Assembly: GCA_016906335.1 (NCBI GenBank)
Contig: JADEYG010000002.1
Location: 1,488,001-1,552,000, forward strand
Origin: Novakomyces olei
Taxonomy: Eukaryota
DNA length: 64,000 nucleotides
Reading direction: 5' to 3'
Below, in pieces: positions 1-10,169 of the stretch. The notes under the pieces are model-generated. The model made no database searches. It was not told the DNA's origin and saw only the letters and a list, made by a program, of their open reading frames with translations. Both the position numbers and the translations under genes were made by a program. Positions within the stretch are counted from its first letter, which is position 1; every line of letters begins with the position of its first letter.

Positions 1-50
1 TGGGCCGTGCCGAAAGAGCGGCGAGCCGAATTAGCGGAATCAGCCGGCAT
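1..50 (-). CDS. Possible 5' end of a gene running off the left edge (MPADSANSARRSFGTA...)
   Basis: ATG at 50-48 opens a GC-rich, stop-free frame to the window edge. Too short to identify. Confidence 0.25.
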   Translation of the reverse strand, partial: MPADSANSARRSFGTA

Positions 51-694
51 TAGCTTGTCGCGGAAAAGGCGGTAGGTAGAGATTGCGAAACCTTATTTTC
101 CTCTCCGCTCCGGATCGCTATCCCGATATCGTAGTAGCAAGATAAAATAAAATAAAATAAAGTATGGCTATCCAGTATAGCAGCATTAGTACTTGACCAA
201 TCCCGTGCTTTTATTTACTACTTTTTATTCCATTTACGATATACGTTTTGCGAGCTGTGCACTAGACCCTAAAATTATCTGTGCAGTGCGCGACACAAAC
301 ACCGTGGCAGTCTGCCAATTTACATTGGTTTGGCGTCGCTTAAATTTACCGCGTGCGCGTCCGGAACGCCGGAGGCAGTCCGTTCCGATTGTTTGAGCGA
401 GTTTTTCACATTACACGATCAAGCGTATACTCTAAACATTGCCAATTCTCCCACGATAATAATCGGCAATAAAGTCGGTAAAGTTACCCAATACCGTTTA
501 TGACGAGTCTAGGCTTTATACTTTTTTTGGCGAACTTACGGAATTGTGTAATGGTGCAAGCGAATAACTTTATGAGCATCTCCGGCAAATATGAATCAGC
601 CATACTGAAAACAGAAACATTGAAAGATTTGAGCTTGAATACTCTCGAAAACGCTAAATAGGAATACGGAAAGCCAATTTAGCAGGTATCAAGT

Positions 695-940
695 CAGTAA
701 ATAAGAAATCAAGAAATCAGTAAATAAATAAATCAGTAAATAAATAAATCAGTAAATAAATAAATCAGTAAATAAATCAGTAAATCAGTAAATCAGTAAA
801 TCAAAAATCAGTAATCAAAAATCAGTAATCAAAAATCAGTAATCAAAATCATTAATCAAAAATCATTCAATCAGTAAATCAGTAAATGAATAAACGAATA
901 TTTAAATAATCAATCAATAAATTAGTAAACCATCAGTAAA
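695..940. repeat. AT-rich degenerate tandem array of AAATCAGTA(AAT)n / AATCAAAAATCAGT units
   Basis: Directly visible, e.g. aatcagtaaataaataaatcagtaaataaataaatcagt. Confidence 0.9.
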
Positions 941-1309
941 CCGATATTATTATGGACTAGACTCTTTCTAGCTCAGACGAGTATAGTGCGTATATTATAT
1001 CAAAAGACAATCTGCAAACACTGTCGGCCAACCGTACCTTTATCACGAGTGATAACCAACATAATCAGCTTATTTCCATATAAACTCCATATTCGTCGTA
1101 TACACATGGCCGTACTGCCAATTCGTGTCGGACGGCGCTCGGCCTAAATTGCACTCGCACGCCAACACCAACGCCGCTCATTGCTCGCATTCGTTCGTTC
1201 GCTGCCAAAGATTCTGGTTCAGATCTCGCGTCGCTGTTTGGCGAGACAAGCAGACTTTTGCACTCAGAGGCCGTTAAAATTGGCGTGGATTCGCTTTTTC
1301 GCCTCTACT

Positions 1310-1525
1310 GCTCTTTGCTCTCCTCTGTCCCTCTCTCTACTCTCCTCTCTACTCTAATCTACTTTTTTCTGCTCTTCTCTAATCTACTTTAATCTGCTTT
1401 TTGCTACTCTATCTGCTTTTTACTACTCTATCTGCTCTATTCTACTCTATCTCTCTATTCTACTCTATCTCTCTATTCTACTCTATCTGCTCTATTAGTC
1501 TATCTGCTCTTTACTACTCAATCTA
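1310..1525 (+). repeat. CT-rich low-complexity tract (CTACT/CTATCT units) in the probable 5' leader of the C2H2 gene
   Basis: ctctattctactctatct-type unit repeated at about 1434-1490 inside a pyrimidine-rich tract. Confidence 0.8.
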
Positions 1526-1623
1526 CCGCCTGCAGCAGTCTGTCTGTCTACAGAGCAATTCTACTCGTCTGCCTAACGGACCGCTAGCAGATCCTGCAGC
1601 CGCGCGCTAGCGCTAACGGTCCC

Positions 1624-4581
1624 ATGTTCTCTCCCGCTTGGGCCGGCCGTCCAGGCACGGACGCGCCTGCCGTGCAGGTACAAGCGGGAGATCCTCTAGA
1701 GGCCTTTGATCCTGGCAGCGGCCATTCCGTCCACACTGCCAGCTGCCTGCACTATGACCCTTTTGCTCAGGCAGAAATTGAGAGCAAACTGCCTTGCTCT
1801 GCCTGTGCTCAGGCTCAGGCGTACACTGACCACGCATCCTTTCCGCACCGCAGTACAGAGCCTGTAACCGCCAGCAGACTGGACGGCTTTGCTCCAGAAG
1901 CGTCCTACACCGTCTTTAGACACCCTTTTTTGCCACAGACTCTGTGCGCCTCACACGGATCTGCCACTGACCAGCCTGCTGCTTTGAAGGAGCATCATGC
2001 AGTCTCTGACCGGCTGCCGTCGTTTGGGTACTCGGACGGCGGCCAGGGAGGAGGCTTTGAAGCCTCACCCATCTCCTCTCCGGGGCCGTCCCGCCACGCC
2101 AGTTTTGCTCTGCCTTCTCGCCGTGACTCTACTGCTGCAACGGGGCCATCCTTGTCTGCCGCTTTTTTTTCTCCTGTTCCTTACTCTCTCAGCCGGGCCA
2201 ACGGGTATACTGCCATTGACTCTGCCGACGAGAATCTGCCTCCAGAGTTTGAGTACTCTTTTGCCGCTGCTGCTGCTGCTGATACTGATACTGATACTGA
2301 TTCTGCCGTTAAACCTCCTTTTGCCTCTATGGATACGCCCTACATGGACCAAGGCAGACGCGATGGGCCAGACGGGCTGACGAGCCCTCTAAGCTTCCCG
2401 TCTGCCTATCCGCGCAACTCTTCTGGCAGTTTTAGCAGTTTTAGCAACACAGGCCGGTTTCAGGGCTACTTTGACGCTCAGTATGGAGGCCACAGCCCTG
2501 GCCAGCCTGCTGCTTCTGCTTCTGCTGCTTCTACTGCTCCTGCTGCTTCTACTGCTCCTGCTGCTTCTACTGCTCCAGATCTTGGGCCAGTCGTATTTGA
2601 CCAACCTGGACTGCCGGGCAAACGGTCGTCTACCGGGTTTGCCGAGGGCAATACTAGAGCCAATAATGGCAGCAGCAGCAGCGGCAGCTACGATGGAGCC
2701 TCTAGACGGCGCAGGTCTGTCCCTGCTGCCCTTCCTAATGGCGGCTTTCGCCATTACCATCCTTCAGGAACGGAGCGAAGGGGGTCGCTGGCCAACTGGC
2801 CCAGTCGCGGCCACAGTGATTACGCTACAGAGCACCTCGTGCTTAATGCTGGCAGTGGCGCTCAGAGGGAGCAAGCCAATTACGCCTCTCACAGTCTGCC
2901 TCGAGCAAACAGCCTGTCTCGAGCAAACAGTCCGTCTCGAGCAAACAGTCTGGGCAGACAAACTGCCCTGAAAAGTACAGACACTGGCTCAAACGGTAAC
3001 AAGACAAGCAACAGTTATAACAGCTACGGCAGTTACAACAGTTACAACAGTAACAACAGTAACAACAGTAACAACAGTAACAATAGTTACAACAGTAACA
3101 ATAGTTACAACAGTAACAATAGTTACAACAATTACAGCAATTACAACAATTTTAACAATTATAATGACAAAGATAATATTAAAAATAATATCAATAATAT
3201 TGGCAATAATAATATTGAAAATAATATCAATAATATCAACAATAATACTATCAACAATAATATTGACAATAATTCTAATACTAATACTAATACTAATAAC
3301 AATACTAATAACAATACTAATAACAATACTAATACTAATAACAATACTAATACTAATAACAATACTAATACTAATAACAATACTAATACTAAGACTAACG
3401 ACGACTTGTCGTCACAGCCATTCGGACTCGGGTTGGCTTACGGGGCGGAAAATGGCACTCGTTGCCGGCACTCTTTCTCTGCCTCTTTCCCCACTGACGA
3501 AGCATTACAGTCGGCTCCAGTGCACCCGAATTCTTCGCAGTCGCCCGTGTTTGCTCAGCCGTTTGCACAGGGCTCTCGGCGCAGGCACTTGCCTGCTCGA
3601 GTCGGCAGCAGGTCGCCGCCGCCGCCACTGTCGCCGGCAGTAAGGCCTTTTTCTCAGACAGAGCCTGCTCTTCATACTCCTCAAATTGCACCTCAAAGGT
3701 CTCCTCACCAACTCCAACTGGGAGGCAATGGGGGCAATGGAGGCACTGACAGGTCTACAACGTCTCTGGCTGTTAAAGTACCCCTTTTGCCAGAGACGCA
3801 GATGCCTCAGTTTTGCCACGACGCTCACAGCTCTCTGGCAAAAGCAGCCGGCCAGTCTCAGCTTCAGTCTCAGCTTCAGCTTCAGTCTCAGTCTCAGTCT
3901 CAGTCTCAGCTTCAGTCTCAGTATGGTCTTACAGGAGTGTACTCGGCGGCCGGCAAAGAGGCAATTAGCGACTCTAACCGACTGCCGTCCAGTCCAGTCC
4001 GGACTGGACCGGTTGAGCAGGTTGAGCCGGCTGAGCCGAGTAGGCCTTTAGCAGGATGGCAGTCGCAGTCCGGGAGCTTCCAGTACCCGCGGCCGGCAGC
4101 GGCAATGCAGAGCCAGTTTAGTGTTGCTGGAGCAAGAGCCGATGGAGGCCGTCGGCTCTACGCTCTGTCTGCCAGCGACTCTGCTCCTTCTGCCGCTGCC
4201 GCTGCCGCTGGCGGAGGAGACTTCCAGCAGCAGTATATGTCCATGTTCCATTGCCGAGCTGCCTCTGCGCCGGGAAAGAGGCACGTGTGCCAAATCTGTA
4301 TGAAACGGTTCACTCGGCCGAGTTCGTTGCAGACGCACATGTACAGCCATACGGGAGAAAAGCCTTTTGTCTGCGACCACGCCGACTGTGGACGGCAGTT
4401 TAGCGTTATCTCGAACCTGAGACGCCATAAAAAGATTCACGAAAATGTGGCTGCCGTTGCTGATACTGCCGCTGCTGATACTGCCGCTGATACGAGTGGA
4501 CAGCGGCCCACTGATATTCTGCGATCCTCCTCCTCCTCCTCCTCGTCGTACTCGTACTCCTCTATTACTCTGAGAAACTGA
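1624..4581 (+). CDS. C2H2 zinc-finger transcription factor, FlbC/Fle1-type finger pair, with long Asn-rich and Gln/Ser-rich low-complexity regions (985 aa)
   Basis: Single ORF from ATG 1624 to TGA 4581. C-terminal HVCQICMKRFTRPSSLQTHMYSHTGEKPFVCDHADCGRQFSVISNLRRHKKIH is two C2H2 fingers with a TGEKP linker, resembling the ascomycete FlbC finger pair as I recall it. Confidence 0.85.
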   Translation: MFSPAWAGRPGTDAPAVQVQAGDPLEAFDPGSGHSVHTASCLHYDPFAQAEIESKLPCSACAQAQAYTDHASFPHRSTEPVTASRLDGFAPEASYTVFRHPFLPQTLCASHGSATDQPAALKEHHAVSDRLPSFGYSDGGQGGGFEASPISSPGPSRHASFALPSRRDSTAATGPSLSAAFFSPVPYSLSRANGYTAIDSADENLPPEFEYSFAAAAAADTDTDTDSAVKPPFASMDTPYMDQGRRDGPDGLTSPLSFPSAYPRNSSGSFSSFSNTGRFQGYFDAQYGGHSPGQPAASASAASTAPAASTAPAASTAPDLGPVVFDQPGLPGKRSSTGFAEGNTRANNGSSSSGSYDGASRRRRSVPAALPNGGFRHYHPSGTERRGSLANWPSRGHSDYATEHLVLNAGSGAQREQANYASHSLPRANSLSRANSPSRANSLGRQTALKSTDTGSNGNKTSNSYNSYGSYNSYNSNNSNNSNNSNNSYNSNNSYNSNNSYNNYSNYNNFNNYNDKDNIKNNINNIGNNNIENNINNINNNTINNNIDNNSNTNTNTNNNTNNNTNNNTNTNNNTNTNNNTNTNNNTNTKTNDDLSSQPFGLGLAYGAENGTRCRHSFSASFPTDEALQSAPVHPNSSQSPVFAQPFAQGSRRRHLPARVGSRSPPPPLSPAVRPFSQTEPALHTPQIAPQRSPHQLQLGGNGGNGGTDRSTTSLAVKVPLLPETQMPQFCHDAHSSLAKAAGQSQLQSQLQLQSQSQSQSQLQSQYGLTGVYSAAGKEAISDSNRLPSSPVRTGPVEQVEPAEPSRPLAGWQSQSGSFQYPRPAAAMQSQFSVAGARADGGRRLYALSASDSAPSAAAAAAGGGDFQQQYMSMFHCRAASAPGKRHVCQICMKRFTRPSSLQTHMYSHTGEKPFVCDHADCGRQFSVISNLRRHKKIHENVAAVADTAAADTAADTSGQRPTDILRSSSSSSSSYSYSSITLRN

Positions 4582-5095
4582 CGAAAAGGACACGACCGTT
4601 TACCCTTCTGTTGTGTCTTTGGCCCGACTGGTTATAGCCGCCTTTGCTTGTTCAATATGGGCTCAAATATTGGGCTCAAATGTTTGCCCACTGCAATCCT
4701 CACAACATCTACTTGGCTGATTTTGGCTCTATTATTTTACTCTATTCTGCTCATTGAACGATATCAGCGTTATCGATATATCCGGCAAGACTTGCTGCCG
4801 TTTAGCGGCAGACTGCCGACAATACATGTATATACTGGCTCTACCGATCTAAACACTTCATCCTGCATTAGATATATATTTGTGACCGTGTGCGACTTAG
4901 TAATTCAAGATTATTCCGTCTGGACACGCTTTACTATAGAGTGCTTGCCTACTGCCGCGCGAGACAGAGTCGCAAACGATAGACTAGTATAAACGAATAA
5001 AACAATCACGCGCCGCCAGCGGTTCACGCCCAACCAGCCCTTGACCCCAAGACCCTTGCCTATGCTCTAACCCCAAGACTTGATCTTGAACCTTC

Positions 5096-5209
5096 TTAAC
5101 CCTAAGAAGTTTACTTAAGAAGCCTTAACCCTAAGAAGTTTACCCTAAGAAGTATTAACCCTAAGAAGTTTACCCTAAGAAGCTTACCCTAAGAAGTATT
5201 AACCCTAAA
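5096..5209. repeat. Eight-unit heterogeneous array of (T/C)T(A)ACCCTAAGAAG, telomere-like (TTAGGG core on minus strand)
   Basis: ttaaccctaagaag tttacttaagaag ccttaaccctaagaag tttaccctaagaag tattaaccctaagaag tttaccctaagaag cttaccctaagaag tattaaccctaaag. Confidence 0.9.
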
Positions 5210-5427
5210 GGCAGCCGCATAGGGTTGCACATTCCAACCTTTTGCAGGCGTTTGAATAATTGAACTTGAACAACAGTCTTAAATCTCGCAGCCGGGCAGC
5301 ACATATAAGTAATTGGTATACGCTCACGGGTACCCGTGAATATACAGGTCTGCATCTCTATATTGGGGCAAGTGTATGGTCTGGCACCGTCTTGTCAATC
5401 CGCTATACTGCGACTCGAACACACGGC

Positions 5428-6710
5428 CTATTCCCAATCCTCCTCGTCTTCATCGTCGTCCTCACGACGGCTTCTGGAAGCCTCTGCTGCTGTTGCAGCG
5501 GAGGAAACTTGGCGCGACTGGCTCATTGTCGTAGTGGTCGACGAAATGACGTCAAAACTGCTGTCCGACGACTGCCGTGAACTGCCTGCGTCTCCTGAAC
5601 CAGTGAGCGGATTGCCGCTGCCAGCAGGCAGCAACGTCTCTGTCGAGCCTTGCTTGGCCGTCACTGCGTCTGCTCCCACCGCCTTCTCTTCCTCATCGTC
5701 ATCCCACTTTATATCCTCCTCCCTTTCGGCACTGCCTCCAGCCTGCGGCGACTCTTTCAAGCTGGCCATGGCCAATCGCAGCCTCTGCTCCCGATCGCGG
5801 GCACTTGCACGATGGAAAAAGTAGCGTCTCCAGAAATCCGTGTAGGCCACACGAGTGGGAACAAGCGCTTCCATCCGCTCTCGCAGACGAGGCTGCGACT
5901 GTAAAAGATCGGTTATTTCCTGCGTATGCTCGTTCGCAGAAAAGCCTCCCATAAACGCGTTAAAAGCAGCTTCATCCTCCTGGTCCTCGGCCAATGGTTC
6001 CCGTGTGAATACAGTGTCGTCCGGCTGCTGCTGCTCCTCCTCCTCCGGCGGTGGCTCAATACGCACTGCGTCCCGGAAAAATTCGCCCAGATTCGAACCC
6101 ATACGCGACAGATCCTCGAGCACGGCGGACGGCTCGCTGCCGGGTCGGCGATCCAGCAGAGACTCGCCCTGGCATTAGCTGACTGTTGCGGGAAAAGGTA
6201 ATATAAATGGGAAAGGTAATGTAAATGGAAATAGCGGTTTAAATGGAAAAGGTAATGTAAATGGAAAAAGGCAATATAAATGGAAAAAGGCAATTTAAAA
6301 TGGAAAAAGGCAATATAAAATGGAAAAAAGTAGTATAAAATGTAAATAACCGGCGAAAAGGATGAATGTTGAAAAAGCGCAAGATACGGCAAAGAAAGAT
6401 GGGAACCGATCAAAGGCTCTTATCCTCAATGACGGTGTAAACAAACTTGGTCGAGTTAAAGAGCCCGAATTTAAATAAATGGGGACACGATTACCCTTTT
6501 CCGCACAGTTTCAAGGTACGAGCTCCACTGCCGTTGCCATGGCAACGACTGCAGTGCCTCTTGGAACTCTGCGCGGAGAGAACCCGCTGGTTCTGTACCG
6601 CTCTCCGTTCCTTTCGCCTTTGTATCCTTATCCCTCTGCTGTTCTTCCGGAGTCGGCGTCGCACGGTGCGAGGGCAGCGATGCCTCTGTTATCAGATCGT
6701 AGGCTTCCAT
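5428..6710 (-). CDS. BSD-domain protein (BSDC1/Dos2-like), 2 exons, ~318 aa
   Basis: Exons 6710-6495 and 6168-5428. Intron 6494-6169 reads GTAATC...GCTAATGCCAG. The join is in frame (..ETVRKR|GESLLD..). BSD signature LRERMEALVPTRVAYTDFWRRYFF, acidic C-terminus DEDEEDWE. Confidence 0.85.
6190..6342. repeat. About 8 copies of an 18-20 bp unit (GGAAAAAGGCAATATAAAT-like) inside the BSD-gene intron
   Basis: Directly visible tandem degenerate repeat. Confidence 0.85.
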
Positions 6711-6896
6711 TCTTTTGCAGACAAGCGGTTATCTATCCAAAGCGCAAGAGGAAAAAGGCCGTAGCCAATTGAGTGGCTCAAAGCTGAACGTACTATTGCA
6801 TGTGCAAATGGTCAGCTGCTGTTGTCTGGATTTAGTCTATGATCGTGCCGTATTTTGTAGATATGGGGTTGGCAATATATGAATTCAATGCCCGTC

Positions 6897-6924
6897 TAGG
6901 GTTAGGGTTAAATTACTAGGGTTA
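6897..6924 (-). promoter_or_regulatory. TAACCCTA cluster (putative Tbf1/Teb1 Myb-domain sites) ~190 bp upstream of the BSD gene
   Basis: tagggttagggtta...tagggtta. The TTAGGG/AACCCT motif is the known site of the fungal telobox factors Tbf1 and Teb1. Confidence 0.5.
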
Positions 6925-7278
6925 TTAGGTTTGTTACTTGGAGCTGCAAGGTCGTGTACAAATCTTCGTTTGCTTTATGGATGTTTAAATTTATGATGTT
7001 TGATTTATTAATGTTTGATTTATAAATGTTATATTTATAAATGTTAGATTTATTTAAATAATTTATAGAATAATCAGTTTCAAATGTGCTTTCCAAGTGC
7101 TAATTACTGTCTATGCATCTTCAAGGCCAGTATGGCCGTACGAGCGGGAACGCAACAAACGATGCGCAATGATTAAATCAACGTTTAAATAATATAATAA
7201 TTAAAAGCAGCTCAAAATTGGAATACAATCAATTCTTTTGTCCTCACTTTCCATCCCTTTCTTTAGCGCGCGCGCGCT

Positions 7279-9267
7279 TTAAAGCTCATCATGGCCAAAC
7301 GTATCTTCCTCGCCATCAGCAGGGGCTCCACCGGCTCCGCCAGCACCGGCATAAAGCTTCGTCGTTATTGGGTACGCGACACTGCTAAGCTTCTCCCGTT
7401 GTTCTTCGAAATCTTCAGCAGTGGCAGAGGAACTGTGCTCATCCAGCCAAGTAATCGTCTCCTTGACGGCGTCGGTGAGAGTCTTTTTATCTTCCTCCGA
7501 GATCTTTCCGCCCAGCTGCTCGTTGTCGGAAACCTGTGATCGTAAAGAGTAGGCGTAGGTTTCCAGCGAGTTTCTGGCTTCAATACGCTCCTTGTTAGCC
7601 TTGTCCTCCTCGGCGTACTGTTCCGCTTCCGCCACCATGCGCTCAATCTCCTCTTGCGAGAGTCGGCCCTTGTCGTTTTTGATTGTAATTGACTCTGACT
7701 TGCCGCCGGCCTTGTCCGCAGCAGAAACCGTGAGTACACCATTGGCGTCAATTTCAAAAGTGACCTCGATTTGAGGGACTCCTCTGGGAGCAGGCGGGAT
7801 ACCTGTAAGCTCAAACTTGCCCAGCAGACTATTGTCCTTTGTCAGAGAACGCTCACCCTCATAAACCTGGATCAGAACAGAGGGCTGATTATCAGCAGCA
7901 GTTGAAAAGATTTGGGATTTGCGAGTAGGAATCGCCGTGTTGCGTCCAATCAGTTTTGTCATTACTCCGCCCGTTGTTTCGATGCCAAGAGTGAGAGGGT
8001 TAACGTCCAGTAGCACCAAGTCTTCGCCTCCATCTTCACCCGACAGAATTCCGCCCTGTACTGCAGCACCATAAGCAACTGCCTCATCAGGGTTAATGCC
8101 CTTTGAGGCCTTTTTGCCGTCAAAATACTCCTCCAGCAGAGCCTGCACCTTGGGGATGCGTGTAGAACCACCCACGAGAACAATGTCATCAATCTCGCTC
8201 TTTTTGACTCCAGCGTCCTTGAGAACTTGCTCAACTGGTTTAAGTGTCTTTTTAAACAGATCAATGTTCAACTCCTCAAATTTAGCACGTGAAAGCGACT
8301 CGCTAAAGTCTTGGCCATTGTAAAAAGCTTCAATCTCGATCCGAGTGGACATTTGCGAGGAGAGAGTGCGCTTAGCTTTCTCCACTTCGCGCTTGAGTTT
8401 GCCCATTGCCTTGGGATCCTTGCTGGCATCAACGTCGTGTTTTTTATTGAATATTTTAACAAAGTGCTGGATGATGCGATTGTCAAAATCTTCGCCTCCC
8501 AAGTGGGTATCTCCAGCAGTGGCCATTACTTCAAACACGCCGTCTTCGATCGAAAGGAGGGACACATCAAACGTACCACCTCCGAGATCGTACACGATAA
8601 TCTTGCTCTCTGCCTCACCGTGCTTCTTGTCCAGACCGTAGGCAATGGCAGCGGCAGTAGGCTCGTTGACGATACGCAAGACGTTAAGGCCGGCAATGAC
8701 ACCAGAGTCCTTTGTGGCCTGGCGTTGGGCGTCGTTGAAGTAGGCCGGGACGGTAACGACGGCATGCGTAACTTTCTTGCCCAGGTAGCCCTCAGCAATC
8801 TCCTTCATTTTACCCAGAATCATAGCGGAAATCTCCTCGGGGGTAAACGTCTTGCTGCTACCGCCTACTTGCACGGAAACAACGGGCTTTCCATCCTTGT
8901 TTTCAATCTTGTAGGGCATATGCTTGAGATCAGCCTGCACGTCCTTGTCATTGAACCGACGGCCAATGAGACGTTTAATGTCAAAGACCGTATTCCGCGG
9001 ATTAGCAGCATACTGGTTCTTTGCCGCGTCACCGATAAGGCGCTCTTCGTCCGTGAAGGCAACGTATGAGGGAGTTATACGGTTTCCTTGGTCGTTGGCC
9101 ATAATTTCCACGCGTCCATTCGTCATGTACCCGACACACGAGTACGTCGTTCCCAGATCAATGCCGATAACTGTGCCATAACTCTCTTCGCCTTTTGCAA
9201 AGGCCAAAGGTACTGTGAACAGCGCGACAAGGTAGCCGATAATGGCGAGCAGCGTGGACCGCTGCAT
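7279..9267 (-). CDS. KAR2: ER Hsp70 chaperone BiP
   Basis: ATG at 9267 with signal peptide [24 protein letters not shown]. Hsp70 motifs [19 protein letters not shown] and [11 protein letters not shown]-terminal HDEL. Intronless. Confidence 0.98.
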   Translation of the reverse strand: MQRSTLLAIIGYLVALFTVPLAFAKGEESYGTVIGIDLGTTYSCVGYMTNGRVEIMANDQGNRITPSYVAFTDEERLIGDAAKNQYAANPRNTVFDIKRLIGRRFNDKDVQADLKHMPYKIENKDGKPVVSVQVGGSSKTFTPEEISAMILGKMKEIAEGYLGKKVTHAVVTVPAYFNDAQRQATKDSGVIAGLNVLRIVNEPTAAAIAYGLDKKHGEAESKIIVYDLGGGTFDVSLLSIEDGVFEVMATAGDTHLGGEDFDNRIIQHFVKIFNKKHDVDASKDPKAMGKLKREVEKAKRTLSSQMSTRIEIEAFYNGQDFSESLSRAKFEELNIDLFKKTLKPVEQVLKDAGVKKSEIDDIVLVGGSTRIPKVQALLEEYFDGKKASKGINPDEAVAYGAAVQGGILSGEDGGEDLVLLDVNPLTLGIETTGGVMTKLIGRNTAIPTRKSQIFSTAADNQPSVLIQVYEGERSLTKDNSLLGKFELTGIPPAPRGVPQIEVTFEIDANGVLTVSAADKAGGKSESITIKNDKGRLSQEEIERMVAEAEQYAEEDKANKERIEARNSLETYAYSLRSQVSDNEQLGGKISEEDKKTLTDAVKETITWLDEHSSSATAEDFEEQREKLSSVAYPITTKLYAGAGGAGGAPADGEEDTFGHDEL

Positions 9268-9541
9268 CGTAAACTGCTCTTTTCTGATACAGCTAAATTT
9301 CAATTGTAGGGTATCAATTACACAGGAAGGCGGCAGATTAAATGTATAGATCTAACTGCTCCAAAACCGATACGGATCAAGCGTCGAGTGCGCCTGTTCT
9401 TTTTCTCCGTTTCGTTTCGTTTCTTTTCTTTTCCTTTTCTATTTTTTTTTTTTTTCCTTCAAAAAAGCAGCCTTTAGCCTTTTTTATTAGGTCACGACGT
9501 CTTGGACCGCTATTTAAATACAGAGAGAGTCGCAAACAGTC

Positions 9542-9550
9542 TACGTGTCA
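9542..9550. promoter_or_regulatory. Putative Hac1/bZIP UPR element (TACGTGTCA) upstream of BiP, with a TATA-like tatttaaata at 9511-9520
   Basis: ACGTGTC core ~275 bp upstream of the BiP ATG. Confidence 0.5.
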
Positions 9551-9733
9551 CAATCCGAAATATATGGAAACGCGAAGAAGTCTGTTACAAGTAATATTCG
9601 TCTTGCAGGTTAATTGTCGGCGTCGGCAGTATTACTTGGCCATTGCTACACTGATTACTTGATATTTTCAAGTTATGTTCATGGGATTATGAGCAGTGCC
9701 GATCAATGCACATTCTAACCATAACCAACCCAA

Positions 9734-9747
9734 TTAACCCTAACCCT
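9734..9747 (+). promoter_or_regulatory. TTAACCCTAACCCT putative Tbf1/Teb1 site
   Basis: Two tandem TAACCC units in the BiP upstream intergenic region. Confidence 0.45.
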
Positions 9748-10169
9748 GTCAGGACGCGAATTGTGGCCAATGTTATTTAATCTAATTGCAGCAACCGCGA
9801 TAGCTTTCACGGAGCATAGTCGTTGATGATTTATACCGGGAAACAGTTACGAGCGCAAACATGCAAATCTTCAAAAGGCAGGTCTGCACATATACGGCAA
9901 CAAAAGTTAGAGGAGTATAGTCACGGGACGCATCATAATATAATACTCAATTACACGTCTCCAAGGGTATCAAAATTTCAAAATAAATAAACGCTTTGTG
10001 AGAGCTCATCGGTTGAACTCGAGCACTTGTTGACAGCGATACCTTGCGCCCGCCGGGCCCAGTTGTCAAGGCATAAAACAAAATGCAAATAGAGAGAACC
10101 GGATGGCAGTATAGGAATAGTCGTCACAAGCTCAAGCTATACTGTAAGCCTTGACTGTCAACCGCTCGC

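Noticed and set aside
2996-3417. Asn-rich tract of the C2H2 gene as a hidden intron (GACTAAC at ~3393 and CAG at 3417)
   Set aside because: Nearby GT donors (2975, 2996, AGTAAC units) are phase 1 while the acceptor is phase 0, and the tract is open in frame. Coding is the simpler reading.
5096-5209. CRISPR-like reading of this or the other short repeat arrays
   Set aside because: Units are directly tandem with no unique spacers, the context is eukaryotic, and there are no cas genes.
8311-9069. 252-aa ORF antisense to BiP
   Set aside because: Long antisense frames are a familiar by-product of Hsp70 codon usage. It has no recognisable domain.
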